Shown here: positions 49,114 to 63,983 of the stretch, in pieces
How positions within the stretch are numbered: position 1 is the stretch's first letter
How the letters are laid out: every line of letters begins with the position of its first letter
Origin: Lepidodermella squamata
Taxonomy: Eukaryota; Animalia; Gastrotricha
Assembly (NCBI GenBank): GCA_047495785.1
Contig: JBLDXI010000064.1
Span: 869,706 to 933,705, forward strand
DNA: 64,000 nt
Reading direction: 5' to 3'
Notes under the pieces: model-generated
What the model was told of the DNA's origin: nothing
Seen by the model: only the letters and a program-made list of their open reading frames with translations
Databases searched by the model: none
Translations under genes and position numbers: made by a program

Positions 49114-52100
49114 ACGCATATTCTTGCTTCATTTGATAGTGGCAACACGGTCAAACTCGTTTGCAGGCGATTCGCAACATTTCGGATGACCGATATTTCG
49201 CTGCCAGCCAAAACAGGCTGGAACGCTGTTTTCAACCCTTGTACGCATCGCAGCTATGCGGAATCGTGCTGTACCCAGGCAATTCACGCATATTCTTGCT
49301 TCATTTGATAGTGGCAACACGGGCAAACACGTTTGCAGGCGATTCGCTAACATTTCGGATGACCGATATTTCGCTGCCAGCCAAAACAGGCTGGAACGCT
49401 GTTTTCAACCCTTGTACGCATCGCAGCTATGCGGAATCGTGCTGTACCCAGGCAATTCACGCATATTCTTGCTTCATTTGATAGTGGCAACACGGGCAAA
49501 CACGTTTGCAGGCGATTCGCTAACATTTCGGATGACCGATATTTCGCTGCCAGCCAAAACAGGCTGAAACGCTGTTTTCAACCCTTGTACGCATCGCAGC
49601 TATGCGGAATCGTGCTGAACCCAGGCAAATCACGCATATTCTTGCTTCATTTGATAGTGGCAACACGGGGAAACTCGTTTGCAGGCGATTTGCTAACATT
49701 TCGGATGACCGATATTTCGCTGCCAGCCAAAACAGGCTGGAACGCTGTTTTCAACCCTTGTACGCATCGCAGCTATGCGAATCGTGCTGACACCAGGCAA
49801 ATCACTCATATTCTTGCTTCATTTGATAGTGGCAACACGAGCAAACTCGTTTGCAGGCGATTCGCTAACATTTCGGATGACCGATATTTCGCTGCCAGCC
49901 AAAACAGGCTGGAACGCTGTTTTCAACCCTTGTACGCATCGCAGCTATGCGGAATCGTGCTGAACCCAGGCAAATCACGCATATTCTTGCTTCATTTGAT
50001 AGTGGCAACACGGTCAAACTCGTTTGCAGGCGATCGCAACATTTCGGATGACCGATATTTCGCTGCCAGCCAAAACAGGCTGGAACGCTGTTTTCAACCC
50101 TTGTACGCATCGCAGCTATGCGGAATCGTGCTGTACCCAGGCAATTCACGCATATTCTTGCTTCATTTGATAGTGGCAACACGGTCAAACTCGTTTGCAG
50201 GCGATTCGCAACATTTCGGATGACCGATATTTCGCTGCCAGCCAAAACAGGCTGGAACGCTGTTTTCAACCCTTGTACGCATCGCAGCTATGCGTAATCG
50301 TGCTGAACCCAGGCAAATCACGCATATTCTTGCTTCATTTGATAGTGGCAACACGGTCAAACTCGTTTGCAGGCGATTCGCAACATTTCGGATGACCGAT
50401 ATTTCGCTGCCAGCCAAAACAGGCTGGAACGCTGTTTTCAACCCTTGTACGCATCGCAGCTATGCGGAATCGTGCTGTACCCAGGCAATTCACGCATATT
50501 CTTGCTTCATTTGATAGTGGCAACACGGGCAAACACGTTTGCAGGCGATTCGCTAACATTTCGGATGACCGATATTTCGCTGCCAGCCAAAACAGGCTGG
50601 AACGCTGTTTTCAACCCTTGTACGCATCGCAGCTATGCGGAATCGTGCTGTACCCAGGCAATTCACGCATATTCTTGCTTCATTGATAGTGGCAACACGG
50701 GCAAACACGTTTGCAGGCGATTCGCTAACATTTCGGATGACCGATATTTCGCTGCCAGCCAAAACAGGCTGGAACGCTGTTTTCAACCCTTGTACGCATC
50801 GCAGCTATGCGGAATCGTGCTGAACCCAGGCAAATCACGCATATTCTTGCTTCATTTGATAGTGGCAACACGGTTCAAACTCGTTTGCAGGCGATTCGCA
50901 ACATTTCGGATGACCGATATTTCGCTGCCAGCCAAAACAGGCTGGAACGCTGTTTTCAACCCTTGTACGCATCGCAGCTATGCGGAATCGTGCTGTACCC
51001 AGGCAATTCACGCATATTCTTGCTTCATTTGATAGTGGCAACACGGGCAAACACGTTTGCAGGCGATTCGCTAACATTTCGGATGACCGATATTTCGCTG
51101 CCCAGCCAAAACAGGCTGTAACGCTGTTTTCAACCCTTGTACGCATCGCAGCTATACGGAATCGTGCTGAACCCAGGCAAATCACGCATATTCTTGCTTC
51201 ATTTGATAGTGGCAACACGGGGAAACTCGTTTGCAGGCGATTTGCTAACATTTCGGATGACCGATATTTCGCTGCCAGCCAAAACAGGCTGAAACGCTGT
51301 TTTCAACCCTTGTACGCATCGCAGCTATGCGGAATCGTGCTGAACCCAGGCAAATCACGCATATTCTTGCTTCATTTGATAGTGGCAACACGGGGAAACT
51401 CGTTTGCAGGCGATTTGCTAACATTTCGGATGACCGATATTTCGCTGCCAGCCAAAACAGGCTGGAACGCTGTTTTCAACCCTTGTACGCATCGCAGCTA
51501 TGCGGAATCGTGCTGTACCCAGGCAATTCACGCATATTCTTGCTTCATTTGATAGTGCAACACGGGCAAACTCGTTTGCAGGCGATTTGCTAACATTTCG
51601 GATGACCGATATTTCGCTGCCAGCCAAAACAGGCTGGAACTCTGTTTTCAACCCTTGTACGCATCGCAGCTATGCGGAATCGTGCTGAACCCAGGCAAAT
51701 CACGCATATTCTTGCTTCATTTGATAGTGGCAACACGGGCAAACTCGTTTGCAGGCGATTCGTTAACATTTCGGATGACCGATATTTCGCTGCAGCCAAA
51801 CAAACTGGAACGCTGTTTTCAACCCTTGTACGCATCGCAGCTATGCGGAATCGTGCTGAACCCAGGCAAATCACGCATATTCTTGCTTCATTTGATAGTG
51901 GCAACACGGGCAAACTCGTTTGCAGGCGATTCGCTAACATTTCGGATGACCGATATTTCGCTGCCAGCCAAAACAGGCTGGAACGCTGTTTTCAACCCTT
52001 GTACGCATCGCAGCTATGCGGAATCGTGCTGTACCCAGGCAATTCACGCATATTCTTGCTTCATTTGATAGTGGCAACACGGGGAAACTCGTTTGCAGGC

Positions 52101-55100
52101 GATTCGCTAACATTTCGGATGACCGATATTTCGCTGCCAGCCAAAACAGGCTGGAACGTTGTTTTCAACCCTTGTACGCATCGCAGCTATGCGGAATCGT
52201 GCTGAACCCAGGGAAATCACGCATATTCTTGCTTCATTTGATAGTGGCAACACGGGCAAACTCGTTTGCAGGCGATTCGCAACATTTCGGATGACCGATA
52301 TTACGCTGCCAGCCAAAACAGGCTGTAACGCTGTTTCCAACCCTTGTACGCATCGCAGCTATGCGGAATCGTGCTGAACCCAGGCAAATCACGCATATTC
52401 TTGCTTCATTTGATAGTGGCAACACGGGGAAACACGTTTGCAGGCGATTCGCTAACATTTCGGATGACCGATATTTCGCTGCCAGCCAAAACAGGCTGGA
52501 ACGTTGTTTTCAACCCTTGTACGCATCGCAGCTATGCGGAATCGTGCTGAACCCCAGGGAAATCACGCATATTCTTGCTTCATTTGATAGTGGCAACACG
52601 GGCAAACTCGTTTGCAGGCGATTCGCAACATTTCGGATGACCGATATTACGCTGCCAGCCAAAACAGGCTGGAACGTTGTTTTCAACCCTTGTACGCATC
52701 GCAGCTATGCGGATCGTGCTGAACCCAGGCAAATCACGCATATTCTTGCTTCATTTGATAGTGGCAACACGGGGAAACTCGTTTTGCAGGCGATTCGCTA
52801 ACATTTCGGATGACCGATATTTCGCTGCTAGCCAAAACAGGCTGGAACGTTGTTTTCAACCCTTGTACGCATCGCAGCTATGCGGAATCGTGCTGAACCC
52901 AGGGAAATCACGCATATTCTTGCTTCATTTGATAGTGGCAACACGGGCAAACTCGTTTGCAGGCGATTCGCAACATTTCGGATGACCGATATTACGCTGC
53001 CAGCCAAAACAGGCTGTAACGCTGTTTCCAACCCTTGTACGCATCGCAGCTATGCGGAATCGTGCTGAACCCAGGCAAATCACGCATATTCTTGCTTCAT
53101 TTGATCGTGGCAACACGGGCAAACTCGTTTGCAGGCGATTCGCTAACATTTCGGATGACCGATATTTCGCTGCCAGCCAAAACAGGCTGTAACGCTGTTT
53201 CCAACCCTTGTACGCATCGCAGCTATGCGGAATCGTGCTGAACCCAGGCAAATCACGCATATTCTTGCTTCATTTGATAGTGGCAACACGGGCAAACACG
53301 TTTGCAGGCGATTCGCTAACATTTCGGATGACCGATATTTCGCTGCCAGCCAAAACAGGCTGGAACGCTGTTTTCAACCCTTGTACGCATCGCAGCTATG
53401 CGGAATCGTGCTGAACCCAGGCAAATCACGCATATTCTTGCTTCATTTGATAGTGGCAACACGGGGAAACTCGTTTGCAGGCGATTCGCTAACATTTCGG
53501 ATGACCGATATTTCGCTGCCAGCCAAAACAGGCTGTAACGCTGTTTTCAACCCCTTGTACGCATCGCAGCTATACGGAATCGTGCTGAACCCAGATAAAT
53601 CACGCATATTCTTGCTTCATTTGATAGTGGCAACACGGGCAAACACGTTTGCAGGCGATTCGCTAACATTTCGGATGACCGATATTTCGCTGCCAGCCAA
53701 AACAGGCTGGAACGCTGTTTTCAACCCTTGTACGCCTCGCAGCTATGCGGAATCGTGCTGAACCCAGGCAAATCACGCATATTCTTGCTTCATTTGATAG
53801 TGGCAACACGGGGAAACTCGTTTGCAGGCGATTCGCTAACATTTCGGATGACCGATATTTCGCTGCCAGCCAAAACAGGCTGTAACGCTGTTTTCAACCC
53901 TTGTACGCATCGCAGCTATACGGAATCGTGCTGAACCCAGATAAATCACGCATATTCTTGCTTCATTTGATAGTGGCAACACGGGCAAACACGTTTGCAG
54001 GCGATTCGCTAACATTTCGGATGACCGATATTTCGCTGCCAGCCAAAAACAGGCTGGAACGCTGTTTTCAACCCTTGTACGCATCGCAGCTATGCGGAAT
54101 CGTGCTGAACCCAGGCAAATCACGCATATTCTTGCTTCATTTGATAGTGGCAACACGGGCAAACTCGTTTGCAGGCGATTCGCTAACATTTCGGATGACC
54201 GATATTTCGCTGCCAGCCAAAACAGGCTGGAACGCTGTTTTCAACCCTTGTACGCATCGCAGCTATGCGGAATCGTGCTGAACCCAGGCAATTCACGCAT
54301 ATTCTTGCTTCATTTGATAGTGGCAACACGGGCAAACTCGTTTGCAGGCGATTCGTTAACATTTCGGATGACCGATATTTCGCTGCCAGCCAAAACAGGC
54401 TGGAACGCTGTTTTCAACCCTTGTACGCATCGCAGCTATGCGGAATCGTGCTGAACCCAGGCAAATCACGCATATTCTTGCTTCATTTGATAGTGGCAAC
54501 ACGGGCAAACTCGTTTGCAGGCGATTCGCTAACATTTCGGATGACCGATATTTCGCTGCCAGCCAAAACAGGCTGGAACGCTGTTTTCAACCCTTGTACG
54601 CATCGCAGCTATGCGGAATCGTGCTGAACCCAGGCAAATCACGCATATTCTTGCTTCATTTGATAGTGGCAACACGGGGAAACTCGTTTGCAGGCGATTC
54701 GCTAATATTTCGGATGACCGATATTTCGCTGCCAGCCAAAACAGGCTGTAACGCTGTTTTCAACCCTTGTACGCATCGCAGCTATGCGGAATCGTGCTGT
54801 ACCCAGGCAAATCACGCATATTCTTGCTTCATTTGATCGTGGACAACACGGGCAAACTCGTTTGCAGGCGATTCGCTAACATTTCGGATGACCGATATTT
54901 CGCTGCCAGCCAAAACAGGCTGGAACGCTGTTTTCAACCCTTGTACGCATCGCAGCTATGCGGAATCGTGCTGAACCCAGGCAAATCACGCATATTCTTG
55001 CTTCATTTGATAGTGGCAACACGGGGAAACTCGTTTGCAGGCGATTCGCTAACATTTCGGATGACCGATATTTCGCTGCCAGCCAAAACAGGCTGTAACG

Positions 55101-58100
55101 CTGTTTTCAACCCTTGTACGCATCGCAGCTATACGGAATCGTGCTGAACCCAGATAAATCACGCATATTCTTGCTTCATTTGATAGTGGCAACACGGGCA
55201 AACACGTTTGCAGGCGATTCGCTAACATTTCGGATGACCGATATTTCGCTGCCAGCCAAAACAGGCTGGAACGCTGTTTTCAACCCCTTGTACGCCTCGC
55301 AGCTATGCGGAATCGTGCTGAACCCAGGCAAATCACGCATATTCTTGCTTCATTTGATAGTGGCAACACGGGGAAACTCGTTTGCAGGCGATTCGCTAAT
55401 ATTTCGGATGACCGATATTTCGCTGCCAGCCAAAACAGGCTGTAACGCTGTTTCCAACCCTTGTACGCATCGCAGCTATGCGGAATCGTGCTGAACCCAG
55501 GCAAATCACGCATATTCTTGCTTCATTTGATCGTGGCAACACGGGCAAACTCGTTTGCAGGCGATTCGCTAACATTTCGGATGACCGATATTTCGCTGCC
55601 AGCCAAAACAGGCTGTAACGCTGTTTCCAACCCTTGTACGCATCGCAGCTATGCGGAATCGTGCTGAACCCAGGCAAATCACGCATATTCTTGCTTCATT
55701 TGATAGTGGCAACACGGGCAAAACACGTTTGCAGGCGATTCGCTAACATTTCGGATGACCGATATTTCGCTGCCAGCCAAAACAGGCTGGAACGCTGTTT
55801 TCAACCCTTGTACGCATCGCAGCTATGCGGAATCGTGCTGTACCCAGGCAAATCACGCATATTCTTGCTTCATTTGATAGTGGCAACACGGGCAAACACG
55901 TTTGCAGGCGATTCGCTAACATTTCGGATGACCGATATTTCGCTGCCAGCCAAAACAGGCTGTAACGCTGTTTTCAACCCTTGTACGCATCGCAGCTATA
56001 CGGAATCGTGCTGAACCCAGATAAATCACGCATATTCTTGCTTCATTTGATAGTGGCAACACGGGCAAACTCGTTTGCAGGCGATTCGCTAACATTTCGG
56101 ATGACCGATATTTCGCTGCAGCCAAAACAGGCTGGAACGCTGTTTTCAACCCTTGTACGCATCGCAGCTATGCGGAATCGTGCTGAACCCAGGCAATTCA
56201 CGCATATTCTTGCTTCATTTGATAGTGGCAACACGGGCAAACTCGTTTGCAGGCGATTCGTTAACATTTCGGATGACCGATATTTCGCTGCCAGCCAAAA
56301 CAGGCTGGAACGCTGTTTTCAACCCTTGTACGCATCGCAGCTATGCGGAATCGTGCTGAACCCAGGCAAATCACGCATATTCTTGCTTCATTTGATAGTG
56401 GCAACACGGGCAAACTCGTTTGCAGGCGATTCGCTAACATTTCGGATGACCGATATTTCGCTGCCAGCCAAAACAGGCTGGAACGCTGTTTTCAACCCTT
56501 GTACGCCTCGCAGCTATGCGGAATCGTGCTGAACCCAGGCAAATCACGCATATTCTTGCTTCATTTGATAGTGGCAACACGGGGAAACTCGTTTGCAGGC
56601 GATTCGCTAACATTTCGGATGACCGATATTTCGCTGCCAGCCAAAACAGGCTGTAACGCTGTTTTCAACCCTTGTACGCATCGCAGCTATACGGAATCGT
56701 GCTGAACCCAGATAAATCACGCATATTCTTGCTTCATTTGATAGTGGCAACACGGGCAAACACGTTTGCAGGCGATTCGCTAACATTTCGGATGACCGAT
56801 ATTTCGCTGCCAGCCAAAACAGGCTGGAACGCTGTTTTCAACCCTTGTACGCATCGCAGCTATGCGGAATCGTGCTGAACCCAGGCAAATCACGCATATT
56901 CTTGCTTCATTTGATAGTGGCAACACGGGCAAACTCGTTTGCAGGCGATTCGCTAACATTTCGGATGACCGATATTTCGCTGCCAGCCAAAACAGGCTGG
57001 AAACGCTGTTTTCAACCTTGTACGCATCGCAGCTATGCGGAATCGTGCTGAACCCAGGCAATTCACGCATATTCTTGCTTCATTTGATAGTGGCAACACG
57101 GGCAAACTCGTTTGCAGGCGATTCGTTAACATTTCGGATGACCGATATTTCGCTGCCAGCCAAAACAGGCTGGAACGCTGTTTTCAACCCTTGTACGCAT
57201 CGCAGCTATGCGGAATCGTGCTGAACCCAGGCAAATCACGCATATTCTTGCTTCATTTGATAGTGGCAACACGGGCAAACTCGTTTGCAGGCGATTCGCT
57301 AACATTTCGGATGACCGATATTTCGCTGCCAGCCAAAACAGGCTGGAACGCTGTTTTCAACCCTTGTACGCATCGCAGCTATGCGGAATCGTGCTGAACC
57401 CAGGCAAATCACGCATATTCTTGCTTCATTTGATAGTGGCAACACGGGGAAACTCGTTTGCAGGCGATTCGCTAATATTTCGGATGACCGATATTTCGCT
57501 GCCAGCCAAAACAGGCTGTAACGCTGTTTTCAACCCTTGTACGCATCGCAGCTATGCGGAATCGTGCTGTACCCAGGCAAATCACGCATATTCTTGCTTC
57601 ATTTGATAGTGGCAACACGGGCAAACTCGTTTGCAGGCGATTTGCTAACATTTCGGATGACGATATTTCGCTGCCAGCCAAAACAGGCTGTAACGCTGTT
57701 TCAAACCCTTTTACGCATCGCAGCTATGCGGAATCGTGCTGAACCCAGGCAAATCACGCATATTCTTGCTTCATTTGATAGTGGCAACACGGGCAAACAC
57801 GTTTGCAGGCGATTCGCTAATATTTCGGATGACCGATATTTCGCTGCCAGCCAAAACAGGCTGGAACGCTGTTTTCAACCCTTGTACGCATCGCAGCTAT
57901 GCGGAATCGTGCTGTACCCAGACAATTCACGCATATTCTTGCTTCATTTGATAGTGGCAACACGGGCAAACTCGTTTGCAGGCGATTCGTTAACATTTCA
58001 GATGACCGATATTTCGCTGCCAGCCAAAACAGGCTGTAACGCTGTTTCAACCCTTGTACGCATCGCAGCTATACGGAATCGTGCTGAACCCAGATAAATC

Positions 58101-61100
58101 ACGTATATTCTTGCTTCATTTGATAGTGGCAACACGGGCAAACACGTTTGCAGGCGATTCGCTAACATTTCGGATGACCGATATTTCGCTGCCAGCCAAA
58201 ACAGGCTGGAACGCTGTTTTCAACCTTGTACGCATCGCAGCTATGCGGAATCGTGCTGAACCCAGGCAAATCACGCATATTCTTGCTTCATTTGATAGTG
58301 GCAACACGGGGAAACTCGTTTGCAGGCGATTCGCTAACATTTCGGATGACCGATATTTCGCTGCCAGCCAAAACAGGCTGTAACGCTGTTTTCAACCCTT
58401 GTACGCATCGCAGCTATACGGAATCGTGCTGAACCCAGATAAATCACGCATATTCTTGCTTCATTTGATAGTGGCAACACGGGCAAACACGTTTGCAGGC
58501 GATTCGCTAACATTTCGGATGACCGATATTTCGCTGCCAGCCAAAACAGGCTGGAACGCTGTTTTCAACCCTTGTACGCATCGCAGCTATGCGGAATCGT
58601 GCTGAACCCAGGCAAATCACGCATATTCTTGCTTCATTTGATAGTGGCAACACGGGGAAACTCGTTTGCAGGCGATTCGCTAACATTTCGGATGACCGAT
58701 ATTTCGCTGCTAGCCAAAACAGGCTGGAACGTTGTTTTCAACCCTTGTACGCATCGCAGCTATGCGGAATCGTGCTGAACCCAGGAAATCACGCATATTC
58801 TTGCTTCATTTGATAGTGGCAACACGGGCAAACTCGTTTGCAGGCGATTCGCAACATTTCGGATGACCGATATTACGCTGCCAGCCAAAACAGGCTGTAA
58901 CGCTGTTTCCAACCCTTGTACGCATCGCAGCTATGCGGAATCGTGCTGAACCCAGGCAAATCACGCATATTCTTGCTTCATTTGATCGTGGCAACACGGG
59001 CAAACTCGTTTGCAGGCGATTCGCTAACATTTCGGATGACCGATATTTCGCTGCCAGCCAAAACAGGCTGTAACGCTGTTTCCAACCCTTGTACGCATCG
59101 CAGCTATGCGGAATCGTGCTGAACCCAGGCAAATCACGCATATTCTTGCTTCATTTGATAGTGGCAACACGGGCAAACACGTTTGCAGGCGATTCGCTAA
59201 CATTTCGGATGACCGATATTTCGCTGCCAGCCAAAACAGGCTGGAACGCTGTTTTCAACCCTTGTACGCATCGCAGCTATGCGGAATCGTGCTGTACCAG
59301 GCAAATCACGCATATTCTTGCTTCATTTGATAGTGGCAACACGGGCAAACACGTTTGCAGGCGATTCGCTAACATTTCGGATGACCGATATTTCGCTGCC
59401 AGCCAAAACAGGCTGTAACGCTGTTTTCAACCCTTGTACGCATCGCAGCTATACGGAATCGTGCTGAACCCAGATAAATCACGCATATTCTTGCTTCATT
59501 TGATAGTGGCAACACGGGCAAACACGTTTGCAGGCGATTCGCTAACATTTCGGATGACCGATATTTCGCTGCCAGCCAAAACAGGCTGGAACGCTGTTTT
59601 CAACCCTTGTACGCATCGCAGCTATGCGGAATCGTGCTGAACCCAGGCAAATCACGCATATTCTTGCTTCATTTGATAGTGGCAACACGGGGAAACTCGT
59701 TTGCAGGCGATTCGCTAACATTTCGGATGACCGATATTTCGCTGCCAGCCAAACAGGCTGTAACGCTGTTTTCAACCCTTGTACGCATCGCAGCTATACG
59801 GAATCGTGCTGAACCCAGATAAATCACGCATATTCTTGCTTCATTTGATAGTGGCAACACGGGCAAACACGTTTGCAGGCGATTCGCTAACATTTCGGAT
59901 GACCGATATTTCGCTGCCAGCCAAAACAGGCTGGAACGCTGTTTTCAACCCTTGTACGCATCGCAGCTATGCGGAATCGTGCTGAACCCAGGCAAATCAC
60001 GCATATTCTTGCTTCATTTGATAGTGGCAACACGGGGAAACTCGTTTGCAGGCGATTCGCTAACATTTCGGATGACCGATATTTCGCTGCCAGCCAAAAC
60101 AGGCTGTAACGCTGTTTTCAACCCTTGTACGCATCGCAGCTATACGGAATCGTGCTGAACCCAGATAAATCACGCATATTCTTGCTTCATTTGATAGTGG
60201 CAACACGGGCAAACACGTTTGCAGGCGATTCGCTAACATTTCGGATGACCGATATTTCGCTGCCAGCCAAAACAGGCTGGAACGCTGTTTTCAACCCTTG
60301 TACGCATCGCAGCTATGCGGAATCGTGCTGAACCAGGCAAATCACGCATATTCTTGCTTCATTTGATAGTGGCAACACGGGCAAACTCGTTTGCAGGCGA
60401 TTCGCTAACATTTCGGATGACCGATATTTCGCTGCCAGCCAAAACAGGCTGGAACGCTGTTTTCAACCCTTGTACGCATCGCAGCTATGCGGAATCGTGC
60501 TGAACCCAGGCAATTCACGCATATTCTCGCTTCATTTGATAGTGGCAACACGGGCAAACTCGTTTGCAGGCGATTCGTTAACATTTCGGATGACCGATAT
60601 TTCGCTGCCAGCCAAAACAGGCTGGAACGCTGTTTTCAACCCTTGTACGCATCGCAGCTATGCGGAATCGTGCTGAACCCAGGCAAATCACGCATATTCT
60701 TGCTTCATTTGATAGTGGCAACACGGGGAAACTCGTTTGCAGGCGATTCGCTAACATTTCGGATGACCGATATTTCGCTGCCAGCCAAAACAGGCTGGAA
60801 CGCTGTTTTCAACCCTTGTACGCATCGCAGCTATGCGGAATCGTGCTGAACCCAGGCAAATCACGCATATTCTTGCTTCATTTGATAGTGGCAACACGGG
60901 GAAACTCGTTTGCAGGCGATTCGCTAATATTTCGGATGACCGATATTTCACTGCCAGCCAAAAACAGGCTGTAACGCTGTTTTCAACCCTTGTACGCATC
61001 GCAGCTATGCGGAATCGTGCTGTACCCAGGCAAATCACGCATATTCTTGCTTCATTTGATAGTGGCAACACGGGCAAACTCGTTTGCAGGCGATTTGCTA

Positions 61101-63982
61101 ACATTTCGGATGACCGATATTTCGCTGCCAGCCAAAACAGGCTGTAACGCTGTTTCAAACCCTTTTACGCATCGCAGCTATGCGGAATCGTGCTGAACCC
61201 AGGCAAATCACGCATATTCTTGCTTCATTTGATAGTGGCAACACGGGCAAACACGTTTGCAGGCGATTCGCTAATATTTCGGATGACCGATATTTCGCTG
61301 CCAGCCAAAACAGGCTGGAACGCTGTTTTCAACCCTTGTACGCATCGCAGCTATGCGGAATCGTGCTGTACCCAGGCAATTCACGCATATTCTTGCTTCA
61401 TTTGATAAGTGGCAACACGGGCAAACTCGTTTGCAGGCGATTCGTTAACATTTCAGATGACCGATATTTCGCTGCCAGCCAAAACAGGCTGTAACGCTGT
61501 TTTCAACCCTTGTACGCATCGCAGCTATACGGAATCGTGCTGAACCCAGATAAATCACGTATATTCTTGCTTCATTTGATAGTGGCAACACGGGCAAACA
61601 CGTTTGCAGGCGATTCGCTAACATTTCGGATGACCGATATTTCGCTGCCAGCCAAAACAGGCTGTAACGCTGTTTTCAACCCTTGTACGCATCGCAGCTA
61701 TACGGAATCGTGCTGAACCCAGATAAATCACGCATATTCTTGCTTCATTTGATAGTGGCAACACGGGCAAACACGTTTGCAGGCGATTCGCTAACATTTC
61801 GGATGACCGATATTTCGCTGCCAGCCAAAACAGGCTGGAACGCTATTTTCAACCCTTGTACGCATCGCAGCTTTGCGGAATCGTGCTGAACCCAGGCAAA
61901 TCACGCATATTCTTGCTTCATTTGATAGTGGCAACACGGGGAAACTCGTTTGCAGGCGATTCGCTAACATTTCGGATGACCGATATTTCGCTGCCAGCCA
62001 AAACAGGCTGGAACGCTATTTTCAACCCTTGTACGCATCGCAGCTTTGCGGAATCGTGCTGAACCCAGGCAAATCACGCATATTCTTGCTTCATTTGATA
62101 GTGGCAACACGGGGAAACTCGTTTGCAGGCGATTCGCTAACATTTCGGATGACCGATATTTCGCTGCCAGCCAAAACAGGCTGTAACGCTGTTTTCAACC
62201 CTTGTACGCATCGCAGCTATACGGAATCGTGCTGTACCCAGGCAAATCACGCATATTCTTGCTTCATTTGATAGTGGCAACACGGGCAAACTCGTTTGCA
62301 GGCGATTCGCTAACATTTCGGATGACCGATATTTCGCTGCCAGCCAAAACAGGCTGGAACGCTGTTTTCAACCCTTGTACGCATCGCAGCTATGCGGAAT
62401 CGTGCTGAACCCAGGCAATTCACGCATATTCTTGCTTCATTTGATAGTGGCAACACGGGCAAACTCGTTTGCAGGCGATTCGTTAACATTTCGGATGACC
62501 GATATTTCGCTGCCAGCCAAAACAGGCTGGAACGCTGTTTTCAACCCTTGTACGCATCGCAGCTATGCGGAATCGTGCTGAACCCAGGCAAATCACGCAT
62601 ATTCTTGCTTCATTTGATAGTGGCAAACACGGGGAAACTCGTTTGCAGGCGATTCGCTAACATTTCGGATGACCGATATTTCGCTGCCAGCCAAAACAGG
62701 CTGGAACGCTGTTTTCAACCCTTGTACGCATCGCAGCTATGCGGAATCGTGCTGAACCCAGGCAAATCACGCATATTCTTGCTTCATTTGATAGTGGCAA
62801 CACGGGGAAACTCGTTTGCAGGCGATTCGCTAATATTTCGGATGACCGATATTTCGCTGCCAGCCAAAACAGGCTGTAACGCTGTTTTCAACCCTTGTAC
62901 GCATCGCAGCTATGCGGAATCGTGCTGTACCCAGGCAAATCACGCATATTCTTGCTTCATTTGATAGTGGCAACACGGGCAAACTCGTTTGCAGGCGATT
63001 TGCTAACATTTCGGATGACCGATATTTCGCTGCCAGCCAAAACAGGCTGTAACGCTGTTTCAAACCCTTGTACGCATCGCAGCTATGCGGAATCGTGCTG
63101 AACCCAGGCAAATCACGCATATTCTTGCTTCATTTGATAGTGGCAACACGGGCAAACACGTTTGCAGGCGATTCGCTAACATTTCGGATGACCGATATTT
63201 CGCTGCCAGCCAAAACAGGCTGGAACGCTGTTTTCAACCCTTGTACGCATCGCAGCTATGCGGAATCGTGCTGTACCCAGGCAATTCACGCATATTCTTG
63301 CTTCATTTGATAGTGGCAACACGGGCAAACTCGTTTGCAGGCGATTCGTTAACATTTCAGATGACCGATATTTCGCTGCCAGCCAAAACAGGCTGGAACG
63401 CTGTTTTCAACCCTTGTACGCATCGCAGCTATGCGGAATCGTGCTGAACCCAGGCAAATCACGCATATTCTTGCTTCATTTGATAGTGGCAACACGGGCA
63501 AACTCGTTTGCAGGCGATTTGCTAACATTTCGGATGACCGATATTTCGCTGCCAGCCAAAACAGGCTGGAACGCTGTTTTCAACCCTTGTACGCATCGCA
63601 GCTATGCGGAATCGTGCTGAACCCAGGCAAATCACGCATATTCTTGCTTCATTTGATAGTGGCAACACGGGCAAACTCGTTTGCAGGCGATTCGCTAACA
63701 TTTCGGATGACCGATATTTCGCTGTCAGCCAAAACAGGCTGGAACGCTGTTTTCAACCCTTGTACGCATCGCAGCTATGCGGAATCGTGCTGAACCCAGG
63801 CAAATCACGCATATTCTTGCTTCATTTGATAGTGGCAACACGGGGAAACTCGTTTGCAGGCGATTCGCTAACATTTCGGATGACCGATATTTCGCTGCCA
63901 GCCAAAACAGGCTGTAACGCTGTTTTCAACCCTTGTACGCATCGCAGCTATGCGGAATCGTGCTGTACCCAGGCAAATCACG
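49114..63982 (-). repeat. Inverted copy of the satellite (~86 monomers), mirror image of ~34216-49089; probable fold-back read artefact
   Basis: Rare variants are mirrored at near-constant coordinate sums (36151+62046 and 36324+61873 both give 98197; the centre pair 49089+49114 gives 98203). About 30 unmirrored 1-bp indels or substitutions lie in this arm. Confidence 0.95.
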
Positions 63983-63983
63983 A

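Noticed and set aside
12479-63793. Hundreds of 60-260 aa ORFs (MRDLPG..., MYASQL..., MRNRAE...)
   Set aside because: They are translations of a 173-bp repeat whose length is not a multiple of 3. The longer ones on the right arm arise from sequencing indels. No domain or codon signal.
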